From assembly GCF_006345805.1 (NCBI RefSeq), contig NC_043004.1:4278001-4342000 (forward strand): 64,000 nucleotides of DNA. The letters are read 5' to 3'. Below are positions 23,567 through 36,994 of the stretch, piece after piece. The notes under the pieces are model-generated. The model had not been told where the DNA came from. It did not search any database and saw nothing but the letters and a program-made list of their open reading frames with translations. Made by a program: the position numbers and the translations under genes. The DNA is from Octopus sinensis. Taxonomy: Eukaryota. How positions within the stretch are numbered: the first letter of the stretch is position 1; each line of letters starts with the position of its first letter.

Positions 23567-25348
23567 CTGAAAATATATATGAATACGAGATAAAGATAAT
23601 CAGATGAATACAGACTGCTATCAGCAGATTCAACGGTTTAAAAAAACCCCCAAAACGCAAAACATAAATTACTTCAAGAACAGTCTTGTAACATTCTTTA
23701 AACTCTCATACAAAGAATTCAAAGTATTTTAAAAAACATATACCATCAGTTACTTCTCAAGAACACCTTCATTCTATTTCCATAGTTGTTTGTTCCTTCT
23801 TGAGCCATAACTGGCTCATAAGGGCCGCTTTCCTGGTTTCATTGGTGTATAGGTTCCCCACCTGGACAGGACATTGGACCGTCGCAGGTGAGCAGCTAGA
23901 GGCAGGAGGAAAGAGCGAGAAATTCTACCACTTCCTTGAATTTCTAGTGTTTAAAGAAGCTGGATAATGTAAGCAAAACTGAAGATTTATTTCTTTTTTC
24001 AAGAAACTGAACCAAATCATTGCTGTGATTAAAGTTGAAGTGGTAGAATTTCTAACTTGAATTAACCTGGAGATTTGAAACTTCTAAGGAGATATTGGCC
24101 AGAAGAACTGTGCTTTAAAGCTATTTGCACTACTTCCTTGTTTATTTCACTCCAAGTCATATATAACAGCAAGAATGAATTACAAAATGAAGAGAATTAA
24201 GAGCATTTTTGCAATAAATAAAGGCATTTAATAAACAAAATAATGTAGTCAGAGAAATAATATCATGTCATGATATTTGAAAAAAAAAAAAAAAAAAATT
24301 TCAATAACTAATGTTTTACTAATTTTCCAGTACTTATCTGTAATTAGAGTAGTCTGAGACAAAAATTCCATAATAGATATATGCAAAAACCTTAGTTGTG
24401 TTCCAAATATCACTTTTATATATTTTGATAAATGAAAAAATTTGTTTTATGAAAGCAGTCCATATTTAATTTAAGCACATAGAAATATAGTAATGAAAAG
24501 GTTTAACTCCCTTCCATACCACTTCTGGGTCTTTGATACACAACATCTAAAATGTTTAGATTTCGAAATAAACTTTCCATCTTAATATGCTAGAACCTTT
24601 TTGTTAAATCATTTTCCTAACACTAGCTTTGCAATGAACCAATTGTTTCAGCAAATCCTAAATTCTCAATTGTTTTTGAAATAAACAAACACACAAGCTG
24701 TGTATTCCATTAGAAATATGGCCACAACATGTTGAAGTCCCTGTGAACTAGTAACATGTCTTAAGCTCAAGTAACTGGTTGTTTCTTACACAAAAACTAT
24801 TCATATACTTCTGATGACAGTAAGGATTGCAATTACATTGAATTTATATTTTTTATGTATGTATAGGCACAGGTGTGGTAAGGAGCTTGCTTCCCAACAA
24901 CATGGTTCTGGGTCAGTCCCACTGCTTGGCACCATGGACAAGTGTCATTTACTCTAATCTTGGGTTGTTGTTAGATGGAAACTGAAAGAAGCCTGTCGTA
25001 TATGTGTGTGTGTATATACATATATATACACACACACACACATGCATGTGTTTGTTCTCCACAATAGCTTGACAACCGATGTTGGTGTGTTTACGTGTTT
25101 GTAACTTAACAGTTTGACAGAAGGGACCGATAGAATAAGTATTAGGCTCATAAAGAGTATGTCCTACGGTCAATTTATTCAACTAGGAGGCAGTGGCTCC
25201 TGCATGGCCGCAGTCAAATAACTGAAACAAATGAAAGAGAGAGAGTGTGTGTGTGTGTATGTATGTATATATATATATATTATACACACCACACACACAA
25301 ATTCCCTACTCTCAGATTATTGCTGGTGAAAAGCAATCAGCACTCTAC

Positions 25349-25538
25349 CTTGGAATAAATTGGTTTGCAGGACGCTTAGGTCTGTATTCAGGATGGACCA
25401 TGAACAACATGTGTGGGAAACCAGTGCCGAAATATGCTCCATCCGTGTGGTGATGACGAGAAGACTTAGGTGTGTAAACATCTTGGCATTTTGGACAGTA
25501 CAGCTTTACCATGGCTTCACCAGGTACATCAGTGAGAC
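25349..25538 (-). CDS. CSNK2B: CK2beta coding exon 5 (190 nt): [64 protein letters not shown]
   Basis: AG/GT boundaries. Contains the second CxxC zinc-finger pair (CPKC) and is near-identical to vertebrate CK2beta as recalled. Confidence 0.98.
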
Positions 25539-26644
25539 CTGTTAAATATACAAGGGGAATAACTTGAATAGTTGCAGTTATCAGAACAAAACAATAACAA
25601 CAAAATATATCTGCTTAGAAGGAAAAAATAAAACCCACAAGAATTAGAAAATATTTAACCCTTTTTTCTTTTAAGGGCTCACTATCAGCATTACAATACT
25701 GATATTTTTTAAAGACAACTCTGTAAAGTCACACACTGGTTTTCAGCAACATGTTTGACAAAGTAAAATTTAAACTGACAAATTTTATGAATAAACCAGT
25801 CAAAGACATTCCTACATTTAATACAACCACTAAACCCTTCAAATAAACTCCATGTGCCCTCAGTACAAGGTTTTCACTATGCATACAGGTTAACACATAA
25901 AAACGATCCAGTTTCACTTAGCTGCTTCATTAAGCAAGTCAGCCTGCCAGTGGCCACTAGACAATGAATTATATCTCTTAGCCAGTCCCTCAGCAACATG
26001 ACAGCTAAGCAGTAAACACTCAGTTAAAAAAATAACTAACATAGTCATAGTTAATCTGACCATCCAAATTCAATGTTAAGAAATTTTTAATAGATTCACT
26101 TCCAATTTGTCTGAAACTACCTTCTTTCATTAATACATAAAAGGGACAGCGAATTGTTTGAGCAGTCATTTTTATATAACTATCACCTTCATTTTAACTT
26201 GAGTGTGTACACATGAAACAGAGCTATTTTATTTACATTACTCATGAGCTGAGGAAAGGCATGAACATTTCAAGTTACCATTTCATGTTTTTGAAAATCG
26301 ATCAGATTAATTAGAAAATATACTGAATACAAATGTATTAGGATATGCACAATATGAATCCTTGCAAATTAGTTTTTTTTTTTTTTTTTTCTCAGAAGCT
26401 TAGTCAGAGAAGGGAAATGTCAATGACCATTTTCGAAGCTCCCACTTCCAAGTGCTAAGTGATGGTGATAAACTGGACGATGGACTGGTATTAGCTTCTA
26501 GGTAATGTTTTAAGAGGTGATAAATAAAATATACCTCAACCAAAAGCACACAAAATCAGTAAGTGTTTCAATTAATGACAACAACACTTTCACAACTCAA
26601 CTATTCAATGAGGACTGACATGAGAACTTAATCAACAAACTTAC

Positions 26645-26720
26645 CAATAGGTAGCATGGGTTGGTTTTCACAATAAACCCTAGGACAGTAACCAAAGTCA
26701 CCTTGCTGCCATTTTTCAAT
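26645..26720 (-). CDS. CSNK2B: CK2beta coding exon 4 (76 nt): [25 protein letters not shown](G)
   Basis: TTTTGACAG acceptor and GTAAGT donor. Contains the first zinc-finger pair CPRVYC. Confidence 0.98.
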
Positions 26721-28396
26721 CTGTCAAAACAACAATGTCTTTATGAAATACAAGCGATGTACTGCTAGGTGGCAATATTTGTTTCATAAATCAAATGGTT
26801 ATACTACAGTTCTAATTCACTGCAGACCACTTCTAAACAGTAGTTTAATTCTATAGCTGTCTATATTCTTATAAAGATAGAGGTTTATAATTATTCTATA
26901 CTAGTTTAGATGCTGAATTAGAATTTCAATGCATTTGTTTCTGCAGTAAAGCAAGTTTTCTAAAGCTACATATCATATAATAATTATGTTCCAAACATAA
27001 AACAAAGAATATAAATTTTAAAAATTGAGTTTAAGGAATGCATAAATCTATTTGCAAGTGTAGAAACCATTATCCTATATTTAGAATAAATGTTTATATC
27101 ACATTAATTATAGTTGCATAGCTACAAATTGAGGGGAAAGAATAGTCAAATCAACCCCAGTAGTTAACAGGTGCATGTTTAAATCAACAGCAGCAGCAAG
27201 ATTGTATAAGGATGGGACTAAATTCTGCAAGATTCATTTTGAAGGAATGTTATTGATGATAATAGAAATAAATTGAACTATTGCTTTTGATTCACCCTGG
27301 ATTAAAATGCACTTCGTTTCATGCTTGAAACCAAATTTTCCAGAGACTTTAGCATGAGAAATTATTAATCATTCTTCACATACCTACACATTTCCTATGG
27401 GCTGATGCAGCAAGAGTGGCCCAGGATCTTGCTAGCATGTAAAATTAAGAAGAGATTTCCCCAAGGGCTAAATCAACAGTAATAGCAATATGTCTAAAGT
27501 ACATTTTGGATAATGTTTACCATAAGAAAGTAATATACTTTTACTAGTTTCAGTCATTTGACTACTTCAACTCACTTAAGGTCTAGAGTGACTCACAGCT
27601 ATGGTAGAAAACAACCTGCCTAGCATGCCTTGTAGAAAATGAATATGGAAGGCGATGTGAACTTTTTATCCAGTTGGTCAGTGTTTTGATTAAGTAGACC
27701 TATAGTCAGAGGCATTCAACCATGATCATACCAATGGCTTAAAGATATGTAGGACTTCATTATCCAATGTGTTCTTTTCTTTTCTAAGACAGTAAAGTGT
27801 AATTTTAGAGAAATTTGGCTGCTATATGCAGCAAATCAAACAATCATATAGGAGACCTCTCTGTTGAAACTGGTAGTACAAACAGGTCCATTCTATAAAT
27901 GCATTTTTACAATTCTGTTGTCAATTTTTACTTAAGATATTTCCAACAGCATTTATTAACATTTGATAAAAAAAGTTTTTTTCAAATATTCACAAAAATT
28001 GAAGCAGTAAGAAGTATTTGCTAATTTTTTGCATGCCCTAAATGAACTAAAGATTTAATTAAGATGTAAGAGTGGAGACAGTTAGTACCATAGTTGGGAT
28101 TTATTGGGTGTAGAAAACAGGAATAAACCACAGAACTTAAAATGATGGTTTAGTAAGCAGAAATAAAATACAGCAATCATGTAGCCAAACCAAGCTAACA
28201 AACCCATTACAACTACCTAACCATACTAAAATGGATGCAGCTGTATTCTTAGATATTCATTCCCAAAGCTAGATGAAGTTTTACTAACTGATGAAAAGAT
28301 AATTAGGTTGATTGAGACAGAATATCTTCAAAATTTAGACCCATAGTTAATTCTGATAAAAATTCATATTCAAACAACAGGAGATGATCATTTTAA

Positions 28397-28610
28397 CCCA
28401 TTAGCATTCAGATTACTCTGTCAAATGCAACACTTATCCATTGACATTGTTTGGAATTAATCATGCATTATCTCATAGCTCAGATTTCGATATGATTATT
28501 TAGTTTCAGAACAACATCGAAGGTAGATGTGAGAGGCTGGATCTGTTTGGTTTGAACATAAAACAGGTAGAGTATTTAAGCCAGACATAGCTGGTTTAAA
28601 TGCTAATGAG
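28397..28610. mobile_element. TTAA-flanked piggyBac-type MITE
   Basis: TTAA|CCCATTAGCATT...AATGCTAATGAG|TTAA. Related copies lie at 52135-52344, about 19.7 kb and about 34.7-35.1 kb. Confidence 0.75.
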
Positions 28611-28785
28611 TTAAAGAAACTGTTAATATTAACATTCCATTCCCAACCCTCTTTAAACGATCTCAAAGGGAATTAAATGTGTGAATACGACTACACACTA
28701 GTTGGAAGCCTTAAGCTAAATCTGAAAATGTATTTTAAATAGAACAGCAATGAAAATAAAAAAGCTGGTTAACGGCTAAGCTTAC

Positions 28786-28901
28786 CATTTGAGCTATGCC
28801 CCTATTTGTCATTATGTAACGTGCATGGATCAAACCATACAGCATCTCAGCAGCTTGCTCAATCAAATCACTTTGGTTTGGATTATCTTCAAGTTCATCA
28901 T
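28786..28901 (-). CDS. CSNK2B: CK2beta coding exon 3B (canonical, 116 nt): (D)[38 protein letters not shown]
   Basis: TTTATACAG acceptor (phase 1) and GTAAGC donor (phase 0). Near-identical to human CK2beta residues about 59-97 as recalled. Confidence 0.97.
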
Positions 28902-30404
28902 CTGTATAAAGATAAATCATTTACAGCCATCAACTCTCGCCCAACCAATTCCGATCAACAAACCCTGCAGAAACAATTACTGCGCACGTGTGTGTGTGTG
29001 TGTCTGCGTATGTGTAATAAAAAATAAAACAGCAAAAAAAGAAAAAGGAATTTTGGAAACGGATGCAAACTTGCAAAATTCATATTTAAAAATAAATAAA
29101 AAAATAAACACCACTACAAAAATTATAACCAGAAATTGCGGGAGGAGAAAATGCACAACTCCTTTAATCATATCTAAATTCTCTAGATAAAAAAAGCCAT
29201 GCCTCTAATGGCAATAAAATATATTGAATTGCAGTATATGACATTCAAGATTCTCAGGACTAAGTAATTGTCATGATTTTTCTAATCAGTTGATTAGTTA
29301 TTAGTTAGTTCATGTATTATCCATACTTCTTATATCTAGTTACTAAATCTACATCATCATAATCATTTTAACACCCTCCCTCTCTTTTCCATGCGTGCAT
29401 GGAGTTTGAGGCAGGTGTTCTATAGCAGGACGGTCTGTTTGCCACTAATTCTCACCCATTTCCAAGCAAGACATGTTTTCACAGAATGACACTGCTTACA
29501 TGATGGTGACATTCATTTACAACCACCACACAATGTCAAGACAAGGACACATGTAATCACATTTCGAATCAATCATTCACTGTGGTCCTGTACTTTTGGT
29601 TTTCGTTTGCTTTCTTCCACAGTACGTAAATTTCCTAACTAAAGTTGGTCTGTTATCAAGATTGAAAAAAACCTTCAGTTGTTGCATCTTCAGTGCCTAC
29701 ATACAACAACACATATACATATATATACAATGGGTTTCCTTCAGTTTCCATCAACCAAATCCACTGATAAGGCTTCGGTTGGCTCAGAACACTTGCCTAA
29801 AGTGCCATGCAATGGGACTGAATTCATAACCATGTGGTTGGGAAGCAAGTATTTAAAACTCAAATGGCTTTAAGATCTTGCAATTGGTCAGTTAATCAAA
29901 CATCTTCAATTTTCTCAGACTATTAGAATCCTTTTGCTAAAGAAAATACATGTGTCATAGAAAATGCCACTTCCTTAAAATATGTATTTATCTGCTACAT
30001 AATTCTGCAATATCCTAACTGCCAACTGTTGAAGCACCTATCACCTGCATCAATTTCATACATCTTGATTAATGGTTCTAACTAATCATAAGCTAGAGGC
30101 AAACCCTTCATCTCAGATGCAATGCAATAAATTATATAAATATGAGACACTAAAACATATTCTATTTCAGTCTAAAGACAGCAGTAAAATTTAGCTGTCC
30201 TAAAATATTATCTTCAGATTTTCCCCCCTCTCCTTCCATGAAACAATTATTAAAGTCAGACAGAAAAACAAACACACTTGAAGGCAGTTCAAATTGAGAA
30301 TGTCATATTATGCAAGGTGTGAGACAAGAACAACAAATTTCTTTTGAAAACAAAATGAACATTCCATCAGACAGGGTCATGGCAGGAAGCAGACAAATTC
30401 TTAC

Positions 30405-30517
30405 CATAGTACTGAGACCAGCATTTGTTAGGATATATCTAGCATGAATCAGTCCATAAAGCATGTCAGCAGCCTGCTCCAGCTGGTCTTTATTAACGCA
30501 GTCATCCCCATCATCGT
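30405..30517 (-). CDS. CSNK2B: CK2beta alternative coding exon 3A (duplicated, 113 nt): (D)[37 protein letters not shown]
   Basis: TTTTCTTGTGTTAG acceptor (phase 1) and ATG|GTAAGA donor (phase 0), the same phases as exon 3B. The frame is open, and the [21 protein letters not shown] core is retained with many synonymous changes. Confidence 0.88.
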
Positions 30518-32848
30518 CTAACACAAGAAAACAGATCTTCACAGTGAAGAAGCTTGGACAGATACAATGTGATAATAGAGTTTACACAAGCTATTAACAG
30601 CCAGCAGTCACACTTAAATTAGAACATATACAATCACAATACAATTTCAGTAAAAATTAGTTCTGAAAACTATCACATTTTCATTTGCTTTGCAATTAAG
30701 AACATGACAGTCATAGAAAACTTACCTATTTCTTTTGGTTAGTACATTCGTGTTAGTGAAGGAGTATACACTGCCTAAATTTGTGAAGGTAGCAACTACT
30801 CTATTCTCTCTCTTACTTTTTCCTGAATGTCTTTTTTTTTTCTAAAACAAGGAAGCTCATGTGCCCTGATTAGAAGCGAGTTCTGATGTTATGAACAGGA
30901 CTCTTGGTCCTTTTTAACATTAAGATGACTGTATGGAGGTGCAAATAAATTCTAAACTATGGACAAAGCACGTTTGTCCATCCATATATGTATACTGCGA
31001 CACTAAAACGAAGTTACCTCCCTTCTATACTATAACTTCACAAACACATGGAAATATATTTAAAACATCTCAACTATATTTTCATGTTCTTTCCCGAATG
31101 CAAAGCGACATATTTCTCATGAAAATGGACTGCATTTGAAACTAATGTAAAAGCTTTGTGCATTATCACATCCAAGATCTGCTGTGCTGAAGTGAATTAG
31201 GAATGCAACAATCTCTGCTAATTTCTTATGCAAGCTCAAAGTGCAAATATTACAACAGTTTATCTGTGAGAGAAATGCTGACTGATGTCACAAGAAAGCC
31301 ATCACAACAAAGGAATACAATGTGCAAACCACTGTAAACTTATCTCCTAAACATAAAATATTTAATGATTGACATTTACAGAGACATCAAATTTATTAGA
31401 TTAATACTAGTAAGGAACTGTTTTGATCTCACCAAAAGCTACTGGTTTTACTAATAACCAGTCAACTGTAATGATATATTTTTATACAACAGGAATAAAT
31501 GCTGGCATGGCTATATGGTTAAGAAGTAAACTACATTTTACTGTTCATTCCCATTGTGTGGGTACTGTCAGTGTTTTCTACAGACATGGGTTGATCAAGC
31601 ATTGTGAGTGAAGTTGGTAGATGGAAACAGTGAGAAACCCATTCCATATACATGTGTACTTGTGAGTGTGTCTTCCCCTTGTCTTAACAGGTATACACTA
31701 ATTGAAAAAAAAGTCATCATTCATATAGCATCATTTGTTTACAATATATCCAAGTAAACATGCCAAGCCATTGAGTTGTTCAATGTTGAAGTAAGATGGG
31801 GAAAATGTTACTTTCCTCAAAAACAGAAGAGTGCTGGTAATAGGAAGAGCATTTGGCCACAGAAAATCTACCTCAAACAAGTTACATCTGCCCCATGCAA
31901 GTATAGAAAAGTGGAGGTTAACACGATATTGAAAATTGCATCTCTCCTGCAGCTGATGCTTTTGATATTTTAAATCTAATTAGCAACTAATTTCTCTGAT
32001 TTAGAGAAACCTCATTATACTTGCTTAAAGTTCAAACTGAATAACCAGATGAATTTTTATCTCCAGTTATAATATTTCTATATTTCTGTTTTTTTTTGCA
32101 ATGTCTCATGGTCAAAAGTATTCCATGATATTGAATGGTCTTAATGCAATAAGCTGCTGTATATACTAGTCACCACATTCAGAGTCTGCAGTTAAAGAGT
32201 TCAGATCAAACTTTGATCAGATTGATCTGATACCTATCCTCAGCTGTAGGCTTAGCTGTGTCACAACAAAGTAAAAGGGTTTTGATACAAAACACAACAA
32301 AAATAAGTAACATTTTAAAAGATTTTTGTTAAAGCAGAGCAAGGTAGCACCCATGAAATTTTTGCAGGGTTTCCAAAACTGGCAAAGAAAGCACCCACGT
32401 GTTATCTTCAGATTGGAGACCTTAACTGAATGTTTACAACATAGTAGATGAAAAGGTAATAAAGGGTGAAACGGAGATGAATTAGTTCTATTGAATTTCA
32501 CTGACAAGGCTTGGAACGACTCAAGGCTATGAAAGAAGCCACTTGTCCAATGTACTGTGCAGTGGGATTGAACTGGGAACTTCTTAACCATAAAGTCATT
32601 CATATCCCCAAGTGCACCTAGTTGAATATCTTGATCATTTTGTCATATTCATCATCATCATTTAGTGTCTGCTTCCATGCTGGCATGGACTGGACAGTTC
32701 GACTTAAACTAGTAAGCCGGAGAGCTGCACTAAGTTCCAGTCTGGTTGGATGCCCTTCCTGACACCAACCATTCTAAGAGTATAAAGGATGTGTCTCACA
32801 AAAAAAAAAAATTTTAAGAATCAAAACAAAAGCCAATAGATTGAGTAC

Positions 32849-32951
32849 CTGGCTCAAGGTCTAATATCATATCCAGAGCCTGCCTATAATGAGGGACTTG
32901 TTCATTGAGACCTGTTAAGTTGAATTTGTCTTGAATATAATCTTCATCAAC
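32849..32951 (-). CDS. CSNK2B: CK2beta coding exon 2 (103 nt): [34 protein letters not shown]
   Basis: TTATTGCAG acceptor and GT donor. The translation matches human CK2beta as recalled. Confidence 0.98.
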
Positions 32952-33702
32952 CTGCAATAAATAAATAAAAGATTAATTACACAAATTACATGCTAAGAAA
33001 GTAAAATAGCAAAGGTATGTATCATAGTAATAGCACTAATTGTAGAAATGTACACTGACTCTTTCAGCGATAACTGAATGTATGCTAGCAAATAGTTATT
33101 AATAGAATTAGTAGAACAGAGAACACCAAAGTACTGCTACTACAATAAGATTATTGATATTGGTATTTAACCCCAGGTCAACCCTAAGTAAGAAGGGAAA
33201 TAAGTGGTCGAATTCATTCAAGCTACAGCCATATTCTTTTCAAGCTGTGTATTTAAAATCACACAAACCAATGTATCCGTTTTTAAGATGGTAGATACAA
33301 ATTGAAAGAGATTTGACTGCTATTTCTCACAAATATATCAATTACATAAAAAGTCCTAACACCTAACTTCACAGTAAAATATACAGTCTTGTTTCTATAT
33401 ATTAACAATAACCTACACAACATTGGTATCCTATGAATTGTGTCAGTCATGTGTTTGTTTTTAATTATCATTGTTTTAATGTCCACTTTTCCATGCTTGC
33501 ACTAAATTTGTGAAGGCAGATTTTTCTATGGCCAGATGCCCTTCCTGCCGCCAACACTCACCTGTCTCGAAGATATTATTTCTCCAAGACCAGACATGTT
33601 TTCATGAAAAATTGGAAACAAAGGACACTGCATGCATAATAGCAATACTCGTTACAGCTATCATATGAAATCTAGGCAAGAAGACAGTAACACACACGTG
33701 AA

Positions 33703-33733
<31 letters not shown>

Positions 33734-36504
33734 CATCGTTTAACGTCCGTTTCCAATGCTAGCATAGGTTTGACTGGAGGTCTGGGAAACCCGGAAGCTG
33801 CACCAGGCTCCAGTATGATTTGGTAGTGTTTTCTACAGCTGGATAAACTTCCTAACGCCAACCATTAAGAGTGTAGTGGGTGCTTTTTACATGCCACTAG
33901 TATCTACCACGTTTGGATGATATAAAATGGGCTTTTTCCAGTTCTCATCTACTGACAAGGCTTTGGTTAGCCGGGGGTTATAGAAGACACATGTAAAAGG
34001 TGCCACACAGAGACTGAATCTGAAACTTCTTACCTCACAGCTATGCTCATGCCTACGTTTTGTTTACATTTATTGAAGGAGCCATTAACAGTTTGGGAGA
34101 AAAATGTGAGATGATGATGACTTGTTAACAATGAAACTGGTAGGCTTGATCCTCATTCCAAGCTGCCAAAAGTTCCCTATGGTCCTAATTTTTAAAAATG
34201 GAGATTCAATGCAGATTGATCATGGTTAGAATGCCTTTTGATCATAGATCTAATCCATCAGAACAGACCAGGAGCAGAATAACATCACTTAACAGCCAGT
34301 TTTCAACGAGTCAGACTGAATTTGTTGAAGCAAATTTTCTATGATCAGATACCCTTCCTGTTGCCAGTTCTCACCTGCTTCCACAGTTTCCATCAACCAA
34401 ATTCAAGAACAAAGCATTGGTCAGCCCAAGACTTTGTAGAAGCTACTTGCCCAAGGTGTTGAACAGTAGAACTAAACCCAAAACCACATAGCAATATATG
34501 CTTTTCATGGAAAAGATTCCCAGATCCTTGAGTAATTGCTTAGTGTTTCCAATTTATATTGGACCTTGGATTGTTATACAGCAAACTATTTACATAACAT
34601 GGCATCTAACAGAGCAAGATTTGAATTTTCTTTTTAAAGTTTGTCTATAAATCAGCTGTAAATTGCATTAATTGTTGTTTTTTTGTTTCTTAACCCTTTA
34701 GCATTCAGATTTCTTTCTTCAATTTATAGCTTATTTATTCACATTGTTTTGAATTAATCAGGCAAAATCTTGTAGCTTCAAGATTTCTATATGATTGTAT
34801 ATGCCAAAAATGACCCCGCCTGTGCTGGTGCCATGTAAAAAGCACTCAGTCCACTCTGTGGGCGGGCGGGCTGTCTGGTGTTAGGAAGGAAGGAAGGGTA
34901 TCCAGCCATAAAAACCATGCCAAAACAGACACTGAAGTCTGGTGCAGTCTTCTGCCTGGCAAGCTCTTGTCAAACCACCCAACCTATGCTGTTGAACCAT
35001 GATGCTTGTAGGGGTGGTGTGAGAGGTTGGTTCTGGTCAGTTTAAACTTATAACAGGTAGAATATTTGGACCAGATATGGCTGATTTAACTGCTAAAGGT
35101 ATATATTATTGAAAAACCTGTTAGATTTATGCACAATAGTGTTGAGGATTCCACTCTTTCGATCATCATATTTCCAGACTGTGAGTGTCTTTCTCATTTC
35201 AGCCACTGGATTGTGTTCATGCTGGAGTACTTCTTTGAACAGTTCAATTAAACAAATCATCCCCAGCACATATTTTTTAAAGCCTGGTACTTATTCTATC
35301 AGTCTACATTGCTGAACTGCTAAGCTATGGGGATATAAACAAATCAACACCAGCTGTTAAGTGCTGTGTATGTGTGGAAACAAGCAAACACAGACACACA
35401 AAGTTTCTGCCTATCAAATTAATTCACAAGGCTTTGGTTGACTTGGGGTTATCGATGAAGATACTCACTCGAGGTACCACGCAGTGGGATTGAACCTAAA
35501 ACCATGCCTGCTTGCATACTTTCTTTTCACACATTTCCCAACGGCATGAAAGGAAAGCAAATATACTCATATTTGAAGACATTTTCACTAAAGGATAGAC
35601 AATATATAAAGAAAAGATTTATAAAGCACTGACATATTGATAATTTTTTTTCTTCTTTTTAACTTGAATGCAAACAATGTCAAGAGTAGTGCTGGCTGCA
35701 AGTGACGGCGTTTAATAAAGAACAGTGAAGCACAATGAAAAATGCTGAACAATGGATTTGCTGGACTATGGATACCAGATTAATGGAACTTTTCTGTATA
35801 CAGGCACAAACTTGGACACGTGACCAAGTTTGCTTTGTGACCATGTGGTTTTGGGTTTAGTTCCATTGTGTAGCACCTTGGGCAAGTGGCTCCTACAAAG
35901 ACCAGTGAGTGAATACGGTAGATGGAAACCATGTTATATATGTGTATGTGTGTGCCTCCCTGCCACTGCTGCTTCACAACCAGTGTTGGTTCATGCCTTC
36001 ATAAAGTGGCTCGGCCTGAACACCCCTGTACATAACTCCATGTCCCCCTACACGGTCTTGCTTTTTGCTTTTTGAGCCAAAAAATTAACTTAACCTAACT
36101 AATAAGTACTAGACCAATAAAAAAAAATATACAAAAAGTGGGTTTGATGTGTTCAACTAAAACCTTTTGATGCTGTGCCCCAGCGTGGCCACAGTCCAAT
36201 GACTGAAATAAGAAAAAGCTATGTACATAAAAGGTGTTGAGTGAAACTGACAGCCAGTTCTTAAATTACACCAAGAGCGACCCAGAGTTCTATTATTAAA
36301 CAGAGACCTGTACTAACATGACTATTTTTAATGACCTCATTAATTGCTGTTGCTATTTACGTATTTCATATTTGGAAGCCAATCCCAATCCAGGTTGTTT
36401 GTTAATTTGGTATAGATTCTTTTAATTTCTATTGGTTTCAGTACTGCTTTTTCTCACATTGTTATTTATCATTCAGAATTCACAAGAGTTTTAAGTAAAC
36501 ATGT

Positions 36505-36959
36505 TATTTTTATCTTTTATTTTACTTGTTTCAGTCATTGGACTGCAGCCATGCTGGGGGCACTGCCTCGAAGAATTTTAGTCAAAGGAATCAACCCCAG
36601 TACTTATTCTAACTTTTTGCTAAACTGCTAAGTTACAGGGATGTAAACAAACCAACAACAGTTGTCAGGTGATAGTAAATGCATAAAACACAGTTTCCTT
36701 CAACCGAGTTCACTCACAAGGCTTTGTACAGTCTGAGACTATAGAAGATGCCCAAATGATATTAAAAAGGCAACATCCTTTTTTGGCGCAGGAGTGGCTG
36801 TGTGGTAAGTAGCTTGTTTACCAACCACATGGTTCCGGGTTCAGTCCCACTGCATGGCATCTTGGGCAAGTGTCTTCTGCTATAGCCCCGGGCCAACCAA
36901 TGCCTTGTGAGTGGATTTGGTAGACGGAAACTGAAAGAAGCCCGTCGTATATATGTATG

Positions 36960-36994
<35 letters not shown>

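Noticed and set aside
28902-28966. Upstream cryptic acceptor (TTTCTGCAG at 28965) extending exon 3B by 63 nt
   Set aside because: The extension is in frame but contains a TGA after 11 codons, and there is no sequence evidence that it is used.
30405-30517. Exon 3A as a processed pseudogene fragment or dead copy
   Set aside because: Its boundaries coincide with exon boundaries, both splice sites and phases are intact, the frame is open, and changes in the core are mostly synonymous.
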